64,000 nucleotides of DNA from NCBI GenBank assembly GCA_029531755.1, contig CM055964.1, positions 36,034,802-36,098,801 on the forward strand, written 5' to 3'. Each line of letters opens with the position of its first letter. The stretch's first letter is position 1. The position numbers and the translations under genes were made by a program. Source of the DNA: Holothuria leucospilota. Its lineage: Eukaryota. This document shows positions 39,310 through 51,839 of this stretch, piece by piece. Under the pieces are notes generated by a model that was not told where the DNA came from, did not search any database, and saw only the letters and a list, made by a program, of their open reading frames with translations.

Positions 39310-41295
39310 AAAATGGGTCATTCTCTGCCAACTCAACAAATTTTCAGAAAATCATGGTCGGGCACCGACCCAGATTTTGCTGAAAAAATTCCCTAGTGTC
39401 GTTCAAGTAGTAGATAGAACACACCAAAAATTTTAGGTCAAAATTCTTAGCCGTTTGGGAGTTACGGCCCATTGAAAAGTGGCCCAAACCCCCTTCTTTG
39501 CATGCCCAAATTGCATGGTCCACATCTCGGTCATTTTTGAGGGCCTATATCTATACAGAAAATAAAGATACAATGCTGAAAACACCTACCTGGGATAATT
39601 TCTGCCCAAATTTTCAGAATCTGGCATCAAAAACACTGTATCTGGCTTAATTATGAAGAGAATGAGCTCTAAACATTGCATTTCATTTTAGGCGTCAATG
39701 TGATTTATGATATTTGGACCCCTGTGGTTCAATCGACTTCTATCAGATAAGTACCATTTTTCATATACATAATATCTGTTGGGTGCACTTTGCTCTCACA
39801 AAGTTAAGGACCTTTAACAACTTCCATGACAAAATGGTTGGGGGTCAAACATGGTCCCAGAGCCAAAAAACCAAAATTTTGATGTTTTTCGGGTTGACCT
39901 TTGACCTTGTTTATCACCTCCCATGAACTTGAAAATTTTTTTTTCATTAGCTCTAACCCCCTTTTATATTTAGTTAAAATTTCAGAGAGGGGTTTTTCCT
40001 CATTCTTGCCAAATCATTTTTTGAGTTTTGGTAGAAGGTGGTCAATGTCACATACTGTACACAATGTACAGTATGTAGGCCTACTGTACATATGCATATA
40101 GTACAAACTACTCATGTAGCACACATGACCTTACATCATGGCCTGTTTGTATAATTTCAACCACAGAAGTAATACTATTTTTATTTAAAGTTATCTACTT
40201 TGGAAAAGACATTTTAAGTAACTTACAGTACAAACTTGTAATAATTGTACTATTAAATTTAACAGTATGCACTGTATGTACAGTATACAGATACTGTATA
40301 ATACAGCACTTTACACATATTAACAAATGTCTAAGAAATCAAAGGGGCTGTCGTGCCCATTTAAGACTTGTGGAAAGATATATACTTATTTTTAAAGCCA
40401 TGAGCTGTGCTTAAACAAGAATAATGATCATTAATTGTATTACCACACTGCAAACAAGGTATATGTGAGCTATTGGGCTACACTTGTGGTACACTCACTA
40501 CTAATTTCTGTATATACATAGTGTACAGTATATACACAGTATATACACTGTACACTGCTATGTGAAATGGTGCACCACCTACCCAACTCAAAGATTTTTT
40601 AATTAAAAATGGGGGGAAACCCCTCTCTGAAATTTTAACCAGATATAGAAAAGGGATAGAGCTTTTGGTAGAAAAAAATTTTAGTTCATGGGAGGTGATA
40701 AACAAGGTCAAAGGTCAACCTGAAAAATATCAAAATTTTGTTTTTTTGGCTTTGGGACCATGTTTGACCCCCAACCATTTTGTCATGGAAGTTATTTCAG
40801 GTCCTTAACTTCGTGAGAGCAAAGTGCACCCACCAGATATTATATATATGAAAAATGGTACTTATCTGATAGAAGTTGGTTGAACCACAGGGGTCCAAAT
40901 ATCAAAACTCACATGGACACCTAAAATGAAATGCAATGTTAAGAGCTCTTTATCTTCATAATTAAGCCACATACAGTGTGTCTGAGGCCAGATTCTGAAA
41001 ATTTGGGCAGGAAATACCCCAGGTTGGAACTTATAGCTTTGTATCTTTGTTCTCTGGGAAGTTATAGGCCCTCAAAAATGATCGAAATGGCATGCGCACA
41101 AATTGGGCATGAAAAGATGGGGTCCGGGCCATTTTTCAATGGGCCATAACTCCCAAACCGTTTGGAATTTTGACCTGAAATTTTTGGTGTGTTCTTTCCA
41201 TAAGTGGAACTATGGTTCATAAAAGTTTCAGCAAAATCTGAGTCGGTGCCCGACCGACCTATTTGTTGAGTTGGCAGAGAATGACCCAAATATAA
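39310..41295. repeat. Large inverted duplication (hairpin or foldback) in MVP intron 1. The arms of about 770 bp lie at 39310-40075 and 40520-41295, separated by a spacer of about 445 bp rich in tgtacagta motifs.
   Basis: The left arm (ctctgccaactcaacaaattttcag...ggcaccgacccagattttgctgaaa...) reappears as a reverse complement in the right arm (..tcagcaaaatctgagtcggtgcccgacc..ttgttgagttggcagag). The mirrored pseudo-ORFs 39154-39396(+) versus 41062-41319(-), and 39901-40101(+) versus 40478-40711(-), confirm the inversion. Confidence 0.9.
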
Positions 41296-43404
41296 GTTCA
41301 AAAGTTCTACATGAAACAAGTTTCAAGTAACAGTCTTTACAGTAAATCAATCCTATTAGTAAGGTGTCCATCCAATACTGTTGAGGTATTAAACCACATG
41401 TGGCAAGTTATGGGCTGATAGGGGAAGGGGTCATCACTAGATTTTTGAAAGTTGCTTATGTCATTGTCCATTGGGTAATATGTAAATGAAAAAAAGGGAG
41501 TGAAGTGGAAACTTAACCCTGTGATTAAGAGCCAATGAATTGTATGTATACTGTGATTGCATGATGTTTCTTCTTTAGATATTGCCCTGCAATGGCCCCC
41601 ATGATTAAGAACTGAATAAACAGTTATACCCTGTATGCACACAGCAAGAGTTTGCAAAGGAATGTCAGATGATGTATCTACTGATGACCAGACCATTGGA
41701 CATTTGATTATCACTAAAGGAAAACATTTGTCATGGTTAAAAAAAACAATCTTTCAATTAGTTTGATTTTTAAGTCTGTATACACACGATAACAAGAACA
41801 AAACAAAATTCTTTTAAGTCACCCATTCCTCAAAGTCTGTCCAAACAACTGCCAGGGGAATGTGATTGGTCAAAGATTTTGTTTAACAATCATGCAAAAG
41901 AGTGCTGGAAATTGGTACTGTAACAGGTGGAAATGACAATTACTGTACAACCAACCAATGAAGACAGCAAAGAAGGATTAGCCAAAAATCACACATCACC
42001 CACATGCCATGTACTATATATAATGCACTTTTCACAGAGCTCTTGTTTATGTCCCTGTTAAATCATCTTAAACAATGACACTTTTAGAATGGGTTGTCTT
42101 AGTCAATCCTCTGACATTGCTATGAGTACACCTACCTCCCATCTAGCTGACATTTAATGTCCAGGTTTACTTATTTATCAACCTTTCATGTTACAGATTT
42201 ATCCTTGTGTGGCATCATGACCAATTTAATGTTGACCCTGCGTGTCCAGCTTCTAGGTTCAATGTTTATCCTCATGTACCTACGCCTATCCATAGAAATA
42301 AAAGTAAAGGAGAATGCTGCACTGACACAATGCATCCCTGCATGTTTAACCGGTGAAGCCACAAAAATTGTGAGGGCGCTTCCGCTGCATGGCAAAAGAC
42401 TGGTTGATTGGTGTGTCTCCGTACATACAGTGTGCATTCTGCTGCAGAAGTTATAGCTCATTTTATCCGTTTTTCAAAAGATTAGGAGTAATTTTCACAA
42501 CAGGAATAAGTCATGGTGCCTTAAGTATTTTGTTTTATACTCCTAAATTTCTTGTGAACTTGTAGTTTCTTTGCCAATTCCTTGGGCAAAAGCAATGATG
42601 TGATATTTGTATTACGCGCTGGTGCTCCGTTGCCGTACAGCCTAGCCAAACCAGTGGCTTCAGGCCAGATCGGCAGATGTCATTCTCCCTTACTTTAATT
42701 TCTTTGGGCCTATCATATAATCACCTATTGGCAATAAATTCTAGGACTTGACATGTGCTGCTATAGTGTTTTTAGTATGTTAGTGATAAAAGCTATCAAA
42801 AAAGAAGAGCTTGATTCAGATGGAAAAACACTAAGAATTTTGACTTGACTTGTAGAGCATCACCAAGCAATCTTGTGAGCCTTGACCCTGCACCGTACAC
42901 AGCTCAGCAATAAACCCTCACAGATACCCAGTTTGTGCTATCCCTTTGTTATCTTTTGTGTGTGCAACTCGTCTAGCTACACACACTGTCAAACATTTGT
43001 AAGAAAAATGTTTTTGAAGCCTGTTTAACTCAAGTTCTACATCAGAGATAAGCTTCCATTGATTTAAGGGAAATATTGTGTCAAAGGTGCAATTTTCATT
43101 CTGAGCCTTAAAAACTATGACTTATGGGTACAGAATGATAGGCAATTCAAAATTAAGTGGCTGGAAAAATTTCTTCTCAAAAAATGAGGTTTTTATTTGA
43201 AAAAAGAAATTCACGGCTTTGATGCTCATGGGTGGAAAAAATCAGGGATGTGGGAAGCTTCTTGTGAGCAAATTTTGGTATGCGGAGGGAAATGTGAGCA
43301 GCTGGAGGGAATTTGACTTGAACATATTCTATATTAAAACTTGTAAAAATTTTGGGAAATTTGACTTCTGTGCTGGGAGCCTGGGAAATAAACATATTTT
43401 CTAG

Positions 43405-43562
43405 CCATAGACCCTTTTCCAAATAGCAGTTACAATGGATTGTGGGATAGAGGTTTGGTTCACATCATTTTTGGCCACAGTAAATTGCCATTGACAAAAA
43501 TGGTGTACACTAAAACTCTATCCCATAATCCTTTGTAATTGCTATTTGGAAAAAGGTCTATG
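43405..43562. mobile_element. MITE family A copy 1, about 158 bp, with TIRs and flanking TA (Tc1/mariner or Stowaway-like).
   Basis: The TIRs are GACCCTTTTCCAAATAGCAGTTACAATGGATTGTGGGATAGAG and CTCTATCCCATAATCCTTTGTAATTGCTATTTGGAAAAAGGTC, with TA on both sides. Confidence 0.7.
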
Positions 43563-44484
43563 TTGAAGCTCCTGTCTAATCACCCAAACTTTCCTTGACA
43601 AGCTTACTGAAGTAACTCTTGTAATGCATAATAATTTTGGGAGGAAGAGTTACCTGTACTGCTGAGTTTGTTAGTGAGAATCAATGGTTTTCCTCTATGT
43701 GTCACCTTGATGCAACAGAGATGCAATATTTCCCTTTCATACTTTGAATCTAGATCTATCTGTTGCCAAATCACTGGCAGCAACTACTTTGAGCAGTGGT
43801 CATAAAGTAGCCCCCATAATTCAGTGTTGAGTAGCTGAGGGCTAGAGTGTCTGGGTTAGGGGTAGATCAAACTGGGTATCCACAACTTCTCTTTCCGTGA
43901 AATTCCATGCATAAAATTAAATTCTGTTTTTTGCCAAGTTTTTCCGCAGTGGACAATCCTTGGCCCTACTTCTCATAAGGTAGACACAACTCAAGACTAG
44001 GGAACTTGAGCCAGCATTCTAACTCACAAGGTACACCTTGGGTGACCTGTGTAGGATTTGTCCCTCTCTCTCTAAATCCAATATTTTCATTTTGACAAAT
44101 TTTTCTGAAATGGAAGAAATCTGACTCAATTTTCACCCCACACCAGTAACCTGAAAATACACAGGGTCCATAGGGTCCCATATAAACTTTCAGTATACTC
44201 ACCAGCACTGGGGGACTGAAATTCTGGACAAGTATGCTTTGTAGTTACAAAAAGTGTAAGGGTTTATGATTGGGGTGGGGGTTTCTATGCCTAAAAGAGG
44301 CTTTCAATACCATGTAAGCCCACCTAGATGCCTCTCGCAGTACTTAACCAACCATCAGTCATCACGAACAGTTGACAATATAATGTTCACATATAATCTT
44401 TACACCCCAACCACAGACTCTGCACACAGTTTAACTAACTGATGAGAAAAATCCACCTCAAAATATAATATCAGTTTTACTAAC

Positions 44485-44645
44485 CTTTCATGATCCTGTC
44501 GGATGTAAGTCTGTGGACCTACTTCTACTCTGGTGACATTGGTGTTATGGTTGAGCACATGGATGTAAAAGTAAGGTGGTATTCTGTAGATGGATTCACT
44601 GCTATTAATCTGCTCCTGGCCACGTCTTTGCCCGTCACGACTCAT
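44485..44645 (-). CDS. MVP: Major vault protein, coding exon 1. ATG at 44645-44643; donor GTTAGT at 44484-44479; ends in phase 2.
   Basis: Translation [53 protein letters not shown](R) matches the conserved MVP N-terminus (human ..[36 protein letters not shown]..). The start codon was verified on the plus strand as cat at 44643-44645. The split codon AG+G gives R and joins exon 2 in frame. Confidence 0.8.
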
Positions 44646-46293
44646 GTTGGTTGTTTCAAATTTCTTGAATCAAACTGGATCTTTCACATAAACTGGTGGG
44701 ACAAAGATAAAGATTAACATAGTGTAAAAAATATAATGTATAAAATCTTGAAAAAGAATACCAGAGCTAAATTAAACATGAAATTTCTTTTTTTTGTTTT
44801 TGTTTTTTGTTTTTTTTTTTTTGTTTTGACCACTTAGAACCCTAACACTTCTGTGCTGTGGTAGATAATAATGCAGCCACCGGAGTTTGAATATAAGTTA
44901 TCCACCCCCTCCCTACTCCCATTATTCATGAACAGCTCCTTCTAATCATGCCACAATATATTTCTTTGTTGAAATGTGTCCCCAAATAGATGTAGTAACC
45001 AAACTGAGTAAATCAGGTTCGCTAAACGTGTGGCGAAGTGGCAAACCCAACAATTCAACTGTAACCTCTGACATTTTGTGGGAGGGCTGGAGTCCCTCCC
45101 CCATAGCTACACCACAGGTCAGTTCAGTGCAGCGAGCGGGGTATTCTGCTTTAATGGGTGGGGTATTCTACAACTACAGTCATAAATTTGGATATATATC
45201 TACACCCTGGGTGGAAAATGTTGGGAAGCTGGGAGGTACCTTTCTGGGGAATTTGGGCATTTGAAGGGAAATTTTGTTCACTGAAGGGAAATTTACACCT
45301 TTTATGTACATGAAAGTATGGCAGGACTCTCAGGAAGATTGACTCTCTTCCCTGGAAATTAACATTCTTTCCAACCCTGATCTACACTGAAGGCTTAATG
45401 AAAATTCTCCCTATTAGTGTCGCTCACAACAGGTTCACTAATCACAAATTTTAGGGAAGCTGCCATGAACATATTTTGGGACAATGGAAGGCTTACCTTC
45501 AAAATTCATAGTTACTGTCCCTATTTGCCTTATTTTTGTTTGTTTGTTTTTTTTTTTTTTGAATGACTACACAAATATACTGTAGTTGCAAAGACCAGTT
45601 GTACTGTACGAGGAACTCTCAAACTGCCCTTCCCTTAACGCTGAGTGTTAGGAAGACACTATACCATCACAATGTCAACATGCTGTCTATCATCCTGCCA
45701 TCTTCTTTACAGCTGTATAAGTAATTTATAAATTTTAAACCATTTTAGGACCTTCTGTAAGCTGATAAAATTAAAACAAATATATTCTTGTTTACATCAA
45801 CTGAAAAACAAGATCAAGGTAACAATGGGGGAGGGCCCTTATTTTCAGTAACAAGGAAGTGGTTTAAAGTGAGCGCAAAGGATATTTACTCACACTATAT
45901 CATTTCCTGGTGTGCTTGAGATTCTTGACTGCACTCTATATTACACATCACTTTGTAATGAGTACCCTTTAGACCACAACTAAATTGAGACAGCCATCAA
46001 AATTTATTTACATACTGTACCTTCCTCTTCTCTCACTGTCAGTTGAATGCCAGGGTGTATTTCCTCCTTTATGACCCCAGTTTTACTGTATTTAAATTAA
46101 AGTCTACAACACTATACGATACTACCCCATACTGTATCCTACAGGAGGGGTTCTCTTGTGTTTCGTGCAACAAACTATCTTTGGCGATTTTGCTTTGAAT
46201 TTATTGTAGTAGCCAGGATTGCGTTCAACACCTTGATTTTGGTGGATTAAGTGTCATTCTCAAAATTTTTCTTGTTAGAATATGGATGAAATC

Positions 46294-46718
46294 TAGGGCT
46301 GTGAACGTTAAGCAAAATTACTAAACGTTTAATCGCAAAATTTTGCAATCGTTTAGCGATTAATCGCAAGTACGTATGATCAAAATAGAGACTTTAAATG
46401 TGCCCTTGAACATGATGAATATGTTAAATGCGTTAGTGACGTCCAGGGGTCATAGTTTTTATGAACCTCAAACACAGATCCCCATAGAAGCTCAACTTTG
46501 ATGTCATATATTTACGTGTGTGCCATTTATATAATTATGTATTTCACTTTCAAAATGGGTTGAAGTGAACATCTATTTTTCTGTAATGACTGCAGACTGT
46601 TTTTTATTATTTCGTACGGAAAAATGGGTATTGCGATTAATCGCTGGTAGCTTTGCACTAAACGCTTATTACACATGCGATCATTTAGCGATTAATCGCT
46701 AAACGGTCACAGCCCTAA
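46294..46718. mobile_element. hAT-type MITE of about 425 bp with an 8-bp target-site duplication ATGAAATC (46286-46293 and 46719-46726).
   Basis: The TIRs are TAGGGCTGTGAACGTTAAGC...TTAGCGATTAATCGC and GCGATTAATCGCTAAACGGTCACAGCCCTA. A perfect 8-bp direct repeat flanks them, and both the 8-bp TSD and the TAGGG terminus are typical of the hAT superfamily. Confidence 0.75.
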
Positions 46719-49700
46719 TGAAATCTTCATACATAAATACAACCGAGAAAAGTTTGGGAATGAAGTACTCTTAATAATGGCTATTAGTTATACTGTACAA
46801 AGCAAAAGTCTCAACACTTAAATCATGGTTAGAATTGTCCATTTGTCTAGCTGGCCAACTTTAGTGGCCAAAAGGAGGAGGGGGAAGGGGAACTGGTGAT
46901 TTGCATCTGCTTGGGTCCGTAATTTTGATACCCATCCAAAACACAGAGTTAGAATGCGAATACCCCCAATACTTATACATAGGTTCCACAAAATGCACTT
47001 TCAAAATGTGATATTGATGGGGGAAAAATATATTGACAAGATGAGGAAAACTGTTCTTGTAAGTCCTTGTCAACAACTCTCTATAGAAGAGTCACAAGCA
47101 GCCAAAATTACTTCACTTAAGTTGCACCCAAAATAAGATTTAGCATGGAGGGTTGGAATGGTGCACACTTCAGCAAAATATTGGCGATTGCGGAGACAAA
47201 GAAGGAAAAATAATCGGAAATGACACAGACATCGACTCATGCATTTCTTTTCTGTAACCTTACTTGCAAATTTCTGGTGATCAGCACGATTACGTGAAAA
47301 TTTTGCCACGTTTTTTACAGGTACCGTTGAGCGATTTCGAATCATGAGAGGGTCGTAATGTTGTGCACTAAGGTAAAAAGGGCTGCTGATTACCTCACAA
47401 CAACCCCGCCTACTGTCAGAAAATATGGTTTGTGTTGATAAGAGATGAAAAGTATTTGTTCCCTACACAAGTGAGTCAGAAATCAGCAGTTTGAGCCACG
47501 AGCATCCGATTTTTGGGGCCGGGTTGGCTTGACCATGCCCATTTTTAAGCACATGAAAAGCAGGATTATCTAAAATATGTGACGGGTACCGGGACGTGAT
47601 GGTTTCCGTGATGGCTTGACAAAAAACGTGATGGCTTACCGTGACTGCCTAACGAGTAACGTTAAGCCTGCCACTAGCCTAAGTAGCAATACTGGCCTAA
47701 CGTTAGGCCTAGGGCTATGGCCTACGTATATCCATAAACGGTAACATAAGGCTACAAGTGTGGCCTGCCTTCCATGTTGGTCTGCTGAGTGGCCTAACTT
47801 TTGGATGTTTTTAACTCTTTGTAAAAATGTCTTTAAGTAACAACCAAGTTACTGAAATAGACTAAATTTCACCTGCAGTTTTTATCTCCTGACTCCTCAC
47901 ACTGTTTTGCATCCTGCACGTACTTACTGTAAAATATAATGAAACTCAGTGAAACTTAGGAAATTTCACGAGACAATTCAAAGTTTCAAACAAAATTTGG
48001 TGACGAGCGGATAATTTATGTTCATGGATAAGAAATATGATTGGAATAATGGGATTATTTTGAAACAGAATGTTTCGATACAGAAGAACCCAAACATAGA
48101 AGTTACCTAATTGAAAAGTTGTGTTGTAACTTAAAAAGTTGATCTTTGCAGTCAATCATTATCATTTTTTCGAAGTCCTTTATCAATTTAATTTTTCCAC
48201 AGACAACCACTAGATCCGGGAATGTATGTATCACGTGGACAAAGTCTTTACTTTCGTATGCTATTTCATGCAAATTGTAGAGACTGTTGACGACTGTTGT
48301 AGAATACAAGTAGGACCTACTAACGCTTGTCTCCGTGACGTGACTTATTTTTTCAACCGTCACAGCCGTGATATCGTCACATACTTTAGTATACCCCTGA
48401 AAAGCACCACAGTGAAAAATCAAAATCAAGGTCATAATTTAGCCACATTTAGGCTAGGCATTATCGTTTGTTCATTCATGTTACGTTATTATTAACTGAA
48501 TATTATACCTCGTGTGTAGGTTGTTGGAATCGTCTCTACAATTGCACTGCAATGGAGAAATCCAGGAAATTCAAGGTGTACGCAACATTATGTACTGTGC
48601 AACGTTGTGTATCACGACTACATACAGGTAGGGGTCGGTTCTCCTTCAAAACAGCACCTAAAAATAAATTATTTCAGACACTGAGTCTGCTGTTTGAAAT
48701 ATACTAGGCTACATTTTACTTGTGCCGATATCTACAGTAGCTGTTTTTTTTTTTTTTTTTAAAAAAACTTAGGCCTACTATAATAATTGTCTATTTGAAA
48801 GTAGCCTAAAACGGTTGTTATTCACCTGTTATGCCACATTTTAGCCCGTGACAGCTGTTACTGGTAAAGTAGAACGCCTAGGCTAAGTCAAACTAAAAAA
48901 GCCTATCGGTTCTACGCCGTGCAGTAGCATGAAAAGTGTGCCATGGACATGCACAGTTAAGGCTACGTTTTAACTCAAAGAAGATAATGACACACTTATT
49001 TGTTGTGAACAGCATTTGCAAATGAAAACAAGGTAGCTTTAAATTTATGAAACCTTACGTGATTGAGCTTACTTTCTGTTTTTCTCCTGAAATTCGCGTG
49101 GGCTGAGGCAGGTTCAGACTTCAGCAGCTTGCACGCTCTCTTGCATGCAGATGAAGTGGTAGAGTGAAGTATACAAGTTGCTAGTGTTTTGCATACATGT
49201 ACACTAAATGTACATGTGACGACTGTACACACTAAGGCGCTGTGCACAGTACAGACTACAAGCTGCACCCAAGAGTTTACGAACCGGATCAATAAATGAA
49301 GCGGATACCTCATGTCTATTTTAAAGTTACATGACGTCACGTTTTACCCCCTGTCATATGATGGTCTCTTCCATTTCTTTTTATTTCTTCATTTCAGAAT
49401 TAAATGTTAAGTGAATGTTTTGACCTTTGTTGCCCATTTAAGATTGACAATATTATTTTTAAAGAAAAAATTGGCATACCTGTTTGTAAAGGCTGTAAAC
49501 GATAAACACTATTTTCTTCTTCCCATTACATTTGGGTTATGTATGAAGTTGGAAGTTGCAATGAGATGTTGCAACAGGACCGTACTAACAGGTCCCTGGA
49601 CCACACTCACTTAATTAATATTGGTTGCGACACCTTTTCGCAATTAAAGGCAATAGGCAGTCGCCCCAAAATTTTCTTTGAAAAATCAGCAAACTCTTGC

Positions 49701-50510
49701 AAATCTCCTCTTATTGCATTACAAGCACCTCTGAAGACGTTTTATACTATATATAATAACTATTACAAACAATAGGTAAAGCAAGGCGAAGTTCTCCTTG
49801 AATTCCACAATTCACTAACAAAAATATTGTCACATGATCAAAATAGGCCATTCATGAACTAGAGTGACAGGATACACCCACTTTGTTTGGGGTGACTGCC
49901 TACTGCCTTTAATATGTACGGACTTGCTGAAGACAAGCTCCGAAAAATGAACAATTTGAATACATCATATTTTTTCTGCCTGTCATTTAGAGTTTCCAAG
50001 CAACATAATATGCCCGAGGTATTACTTTTCCAAAGACCCGTGACGAAAGGGTATGTCAACTACAATTTTTTACCCTAATCCAGTGGCTAATTCTCAAAGT
50101 GGTACCGTCCTCCGGAGGGCGTTGGGAAGTCTCAGGTGGGCGCTACAGAGTACATGGAGAATAGGGGCACTGACACTGATTTGGGGGTCCATGGTGATTA
50201 AGACACATCACTGAAGCAATTTAGGACACAATAAGGCATCCAGGGTGTCTGTTCCTCCGCTTCTCACTAAAATAGTGAACGTTCGTAATCTCGCAGAGTT
50301 ACACCACAGGCGTTCGAAACACTACGTACATATACTACACACTATACATATATAACACACGGTCGTGCAATAGTCTAGTATAACACACGGCTGTGACGTC
50401 GCAATCACTGCGCGTACGTACAAACTATGCCGCAAGTCAATAATGATCAACGCAACTTTGGGGATCGCACATTGCATACCGTATATGGCAAGCCGAATGT
50501 TCAATAAATA

Positions 50511-51380
50511 GATAATCCAAGATTATAGGTCGAGAATGCAAGATTATCGGCCGAGAATCCAAGATTTTCGACCGATTATCTTGGATTATCAGTCGATAAT
50601 CCAAGATTATCAATGATAAACCAAGTTTATCACGAGATAATCCAAGATTATCAAAATAACTTGGACTATTGATCGATAATCCAAGATTATCGACCGATGA
50701 TCCAAGATTATCAAATTAATTCGGTATATCAGTCGAAAATCTTGGATTATCTAATGATTTTAGTGTACCTCATTCGATAAACTTGGATTATCGATTGATA
50801 ATCCAAGATTATCGTCGAGAATCCAAGATTATCAATTTTTTTCCGATAATCCAAGATTATCGGTCGAGAATCCAAGATTATCGGTCGATAATCCAAGATT
50901 ATCGGTCGATAATCCAAGATTATCGATCGACAATCCAAGATTATCGACCGATAATCCAAGATTATCGATCGACAATCCAAGATTATCGGTCGAGAATCCA
51001 AGATTATCACATTCACTTTGATAATCCTAGTTTATCTGTTGATAATCCAAGATTATTAAAAAAAATTGATAAACCCGGTTCATCATCCGAGAGTCCAAGA
51101 TTATCGTTTGATAATCCAAGATTATCAAAAATTATTTTGATAAACCTGGTTATCGGTCGAGAATCCAAGATTATTAAAATATTTTTCGATAATCCAAGAT
51201 TATCGGTCGAGAATCCAAGATTATCGAAATATTTTTCGAGAATCCAAGATTATCGGTCGATAATCCAAGATTATTAAAATATTTTTCGATAATCCAAGAT
51301 TATCGGTCGAGACTCCAAGATTATCAAAATATTTTTCGATAATCCCAAGATTATCGGTCGAGAATCCAAGATTTTCAAAA
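50511..51380 (+). repeat. Satellite block I of about 40 copies. The 21-bp unit is GGTCGATAATCCAAGATTATC, with a higher-order variant of about 52 bp containing an AAATATTTTTC spacer.
   Basis: Direct tandem repetition is visible in the sequence. The unit core GATAATCCAAGATTATC is an imperfect palindrome made of two inverted GATAA motifs. Confidence 0.95.
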
Positions 51381-51839
51381 TTTCAGTACAGTTCACTGAA
51401 GGTTTTTTCAGTAGCCTATACTGAATCTTCCGTGTTTTATTATACACCAGTTCACCAGGGCATGCGATGAAATGGTCCAAAATTGAGATAAAATGGATCA
51501 CAATATGTTATTTTTATCATCAGTTCTGTCGGTTGTGTTATCACCATTGCTATACAGAGAGGAGAGAACTTCTCTGCTATCGATCGATACTTTTCTGGGT
51601 ACAGTATCACGTCTGCTCCATGGGCTGCAACGGTAAGACGCGTATCATAACGTTGTCAGCATAGGCTTGAATAGCAACTCATAAAACGTAGCTACATCAA
51701 TTCCCCAACGGTCTTTCCTATGCAGCACGACAGCTCACGTAACCTTCCCACCAGGACCTTCGCTAGAGAGGGATGTGGGGATGTAGGGCCGTCGCTAGAG
51801 CGGGATGGGGTGTGACACCATCCCCCCCCCCCCCAAAAA

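Noticed and set aside
39154-41319. Mirror-image ORFs (for example 39154-39396(+) versus 41062-41319(-), both containing GHSLPTQQI..SGTD.DFAE) that might suggest a duplicated gene.
   Set aside because: The similarity is at the DNA level across non-coding-looking sequence and reflects the inverted duplication of the arms. Neither ORF has homology or splice context.
42157-42461. Overlapping ORFs of about 95 aa on both strands at one locus.
   Set aside because: There is no homology and no codon-usage contrast with the surroundings. It sits inside MVP intron 1 and is probably a chance open region.
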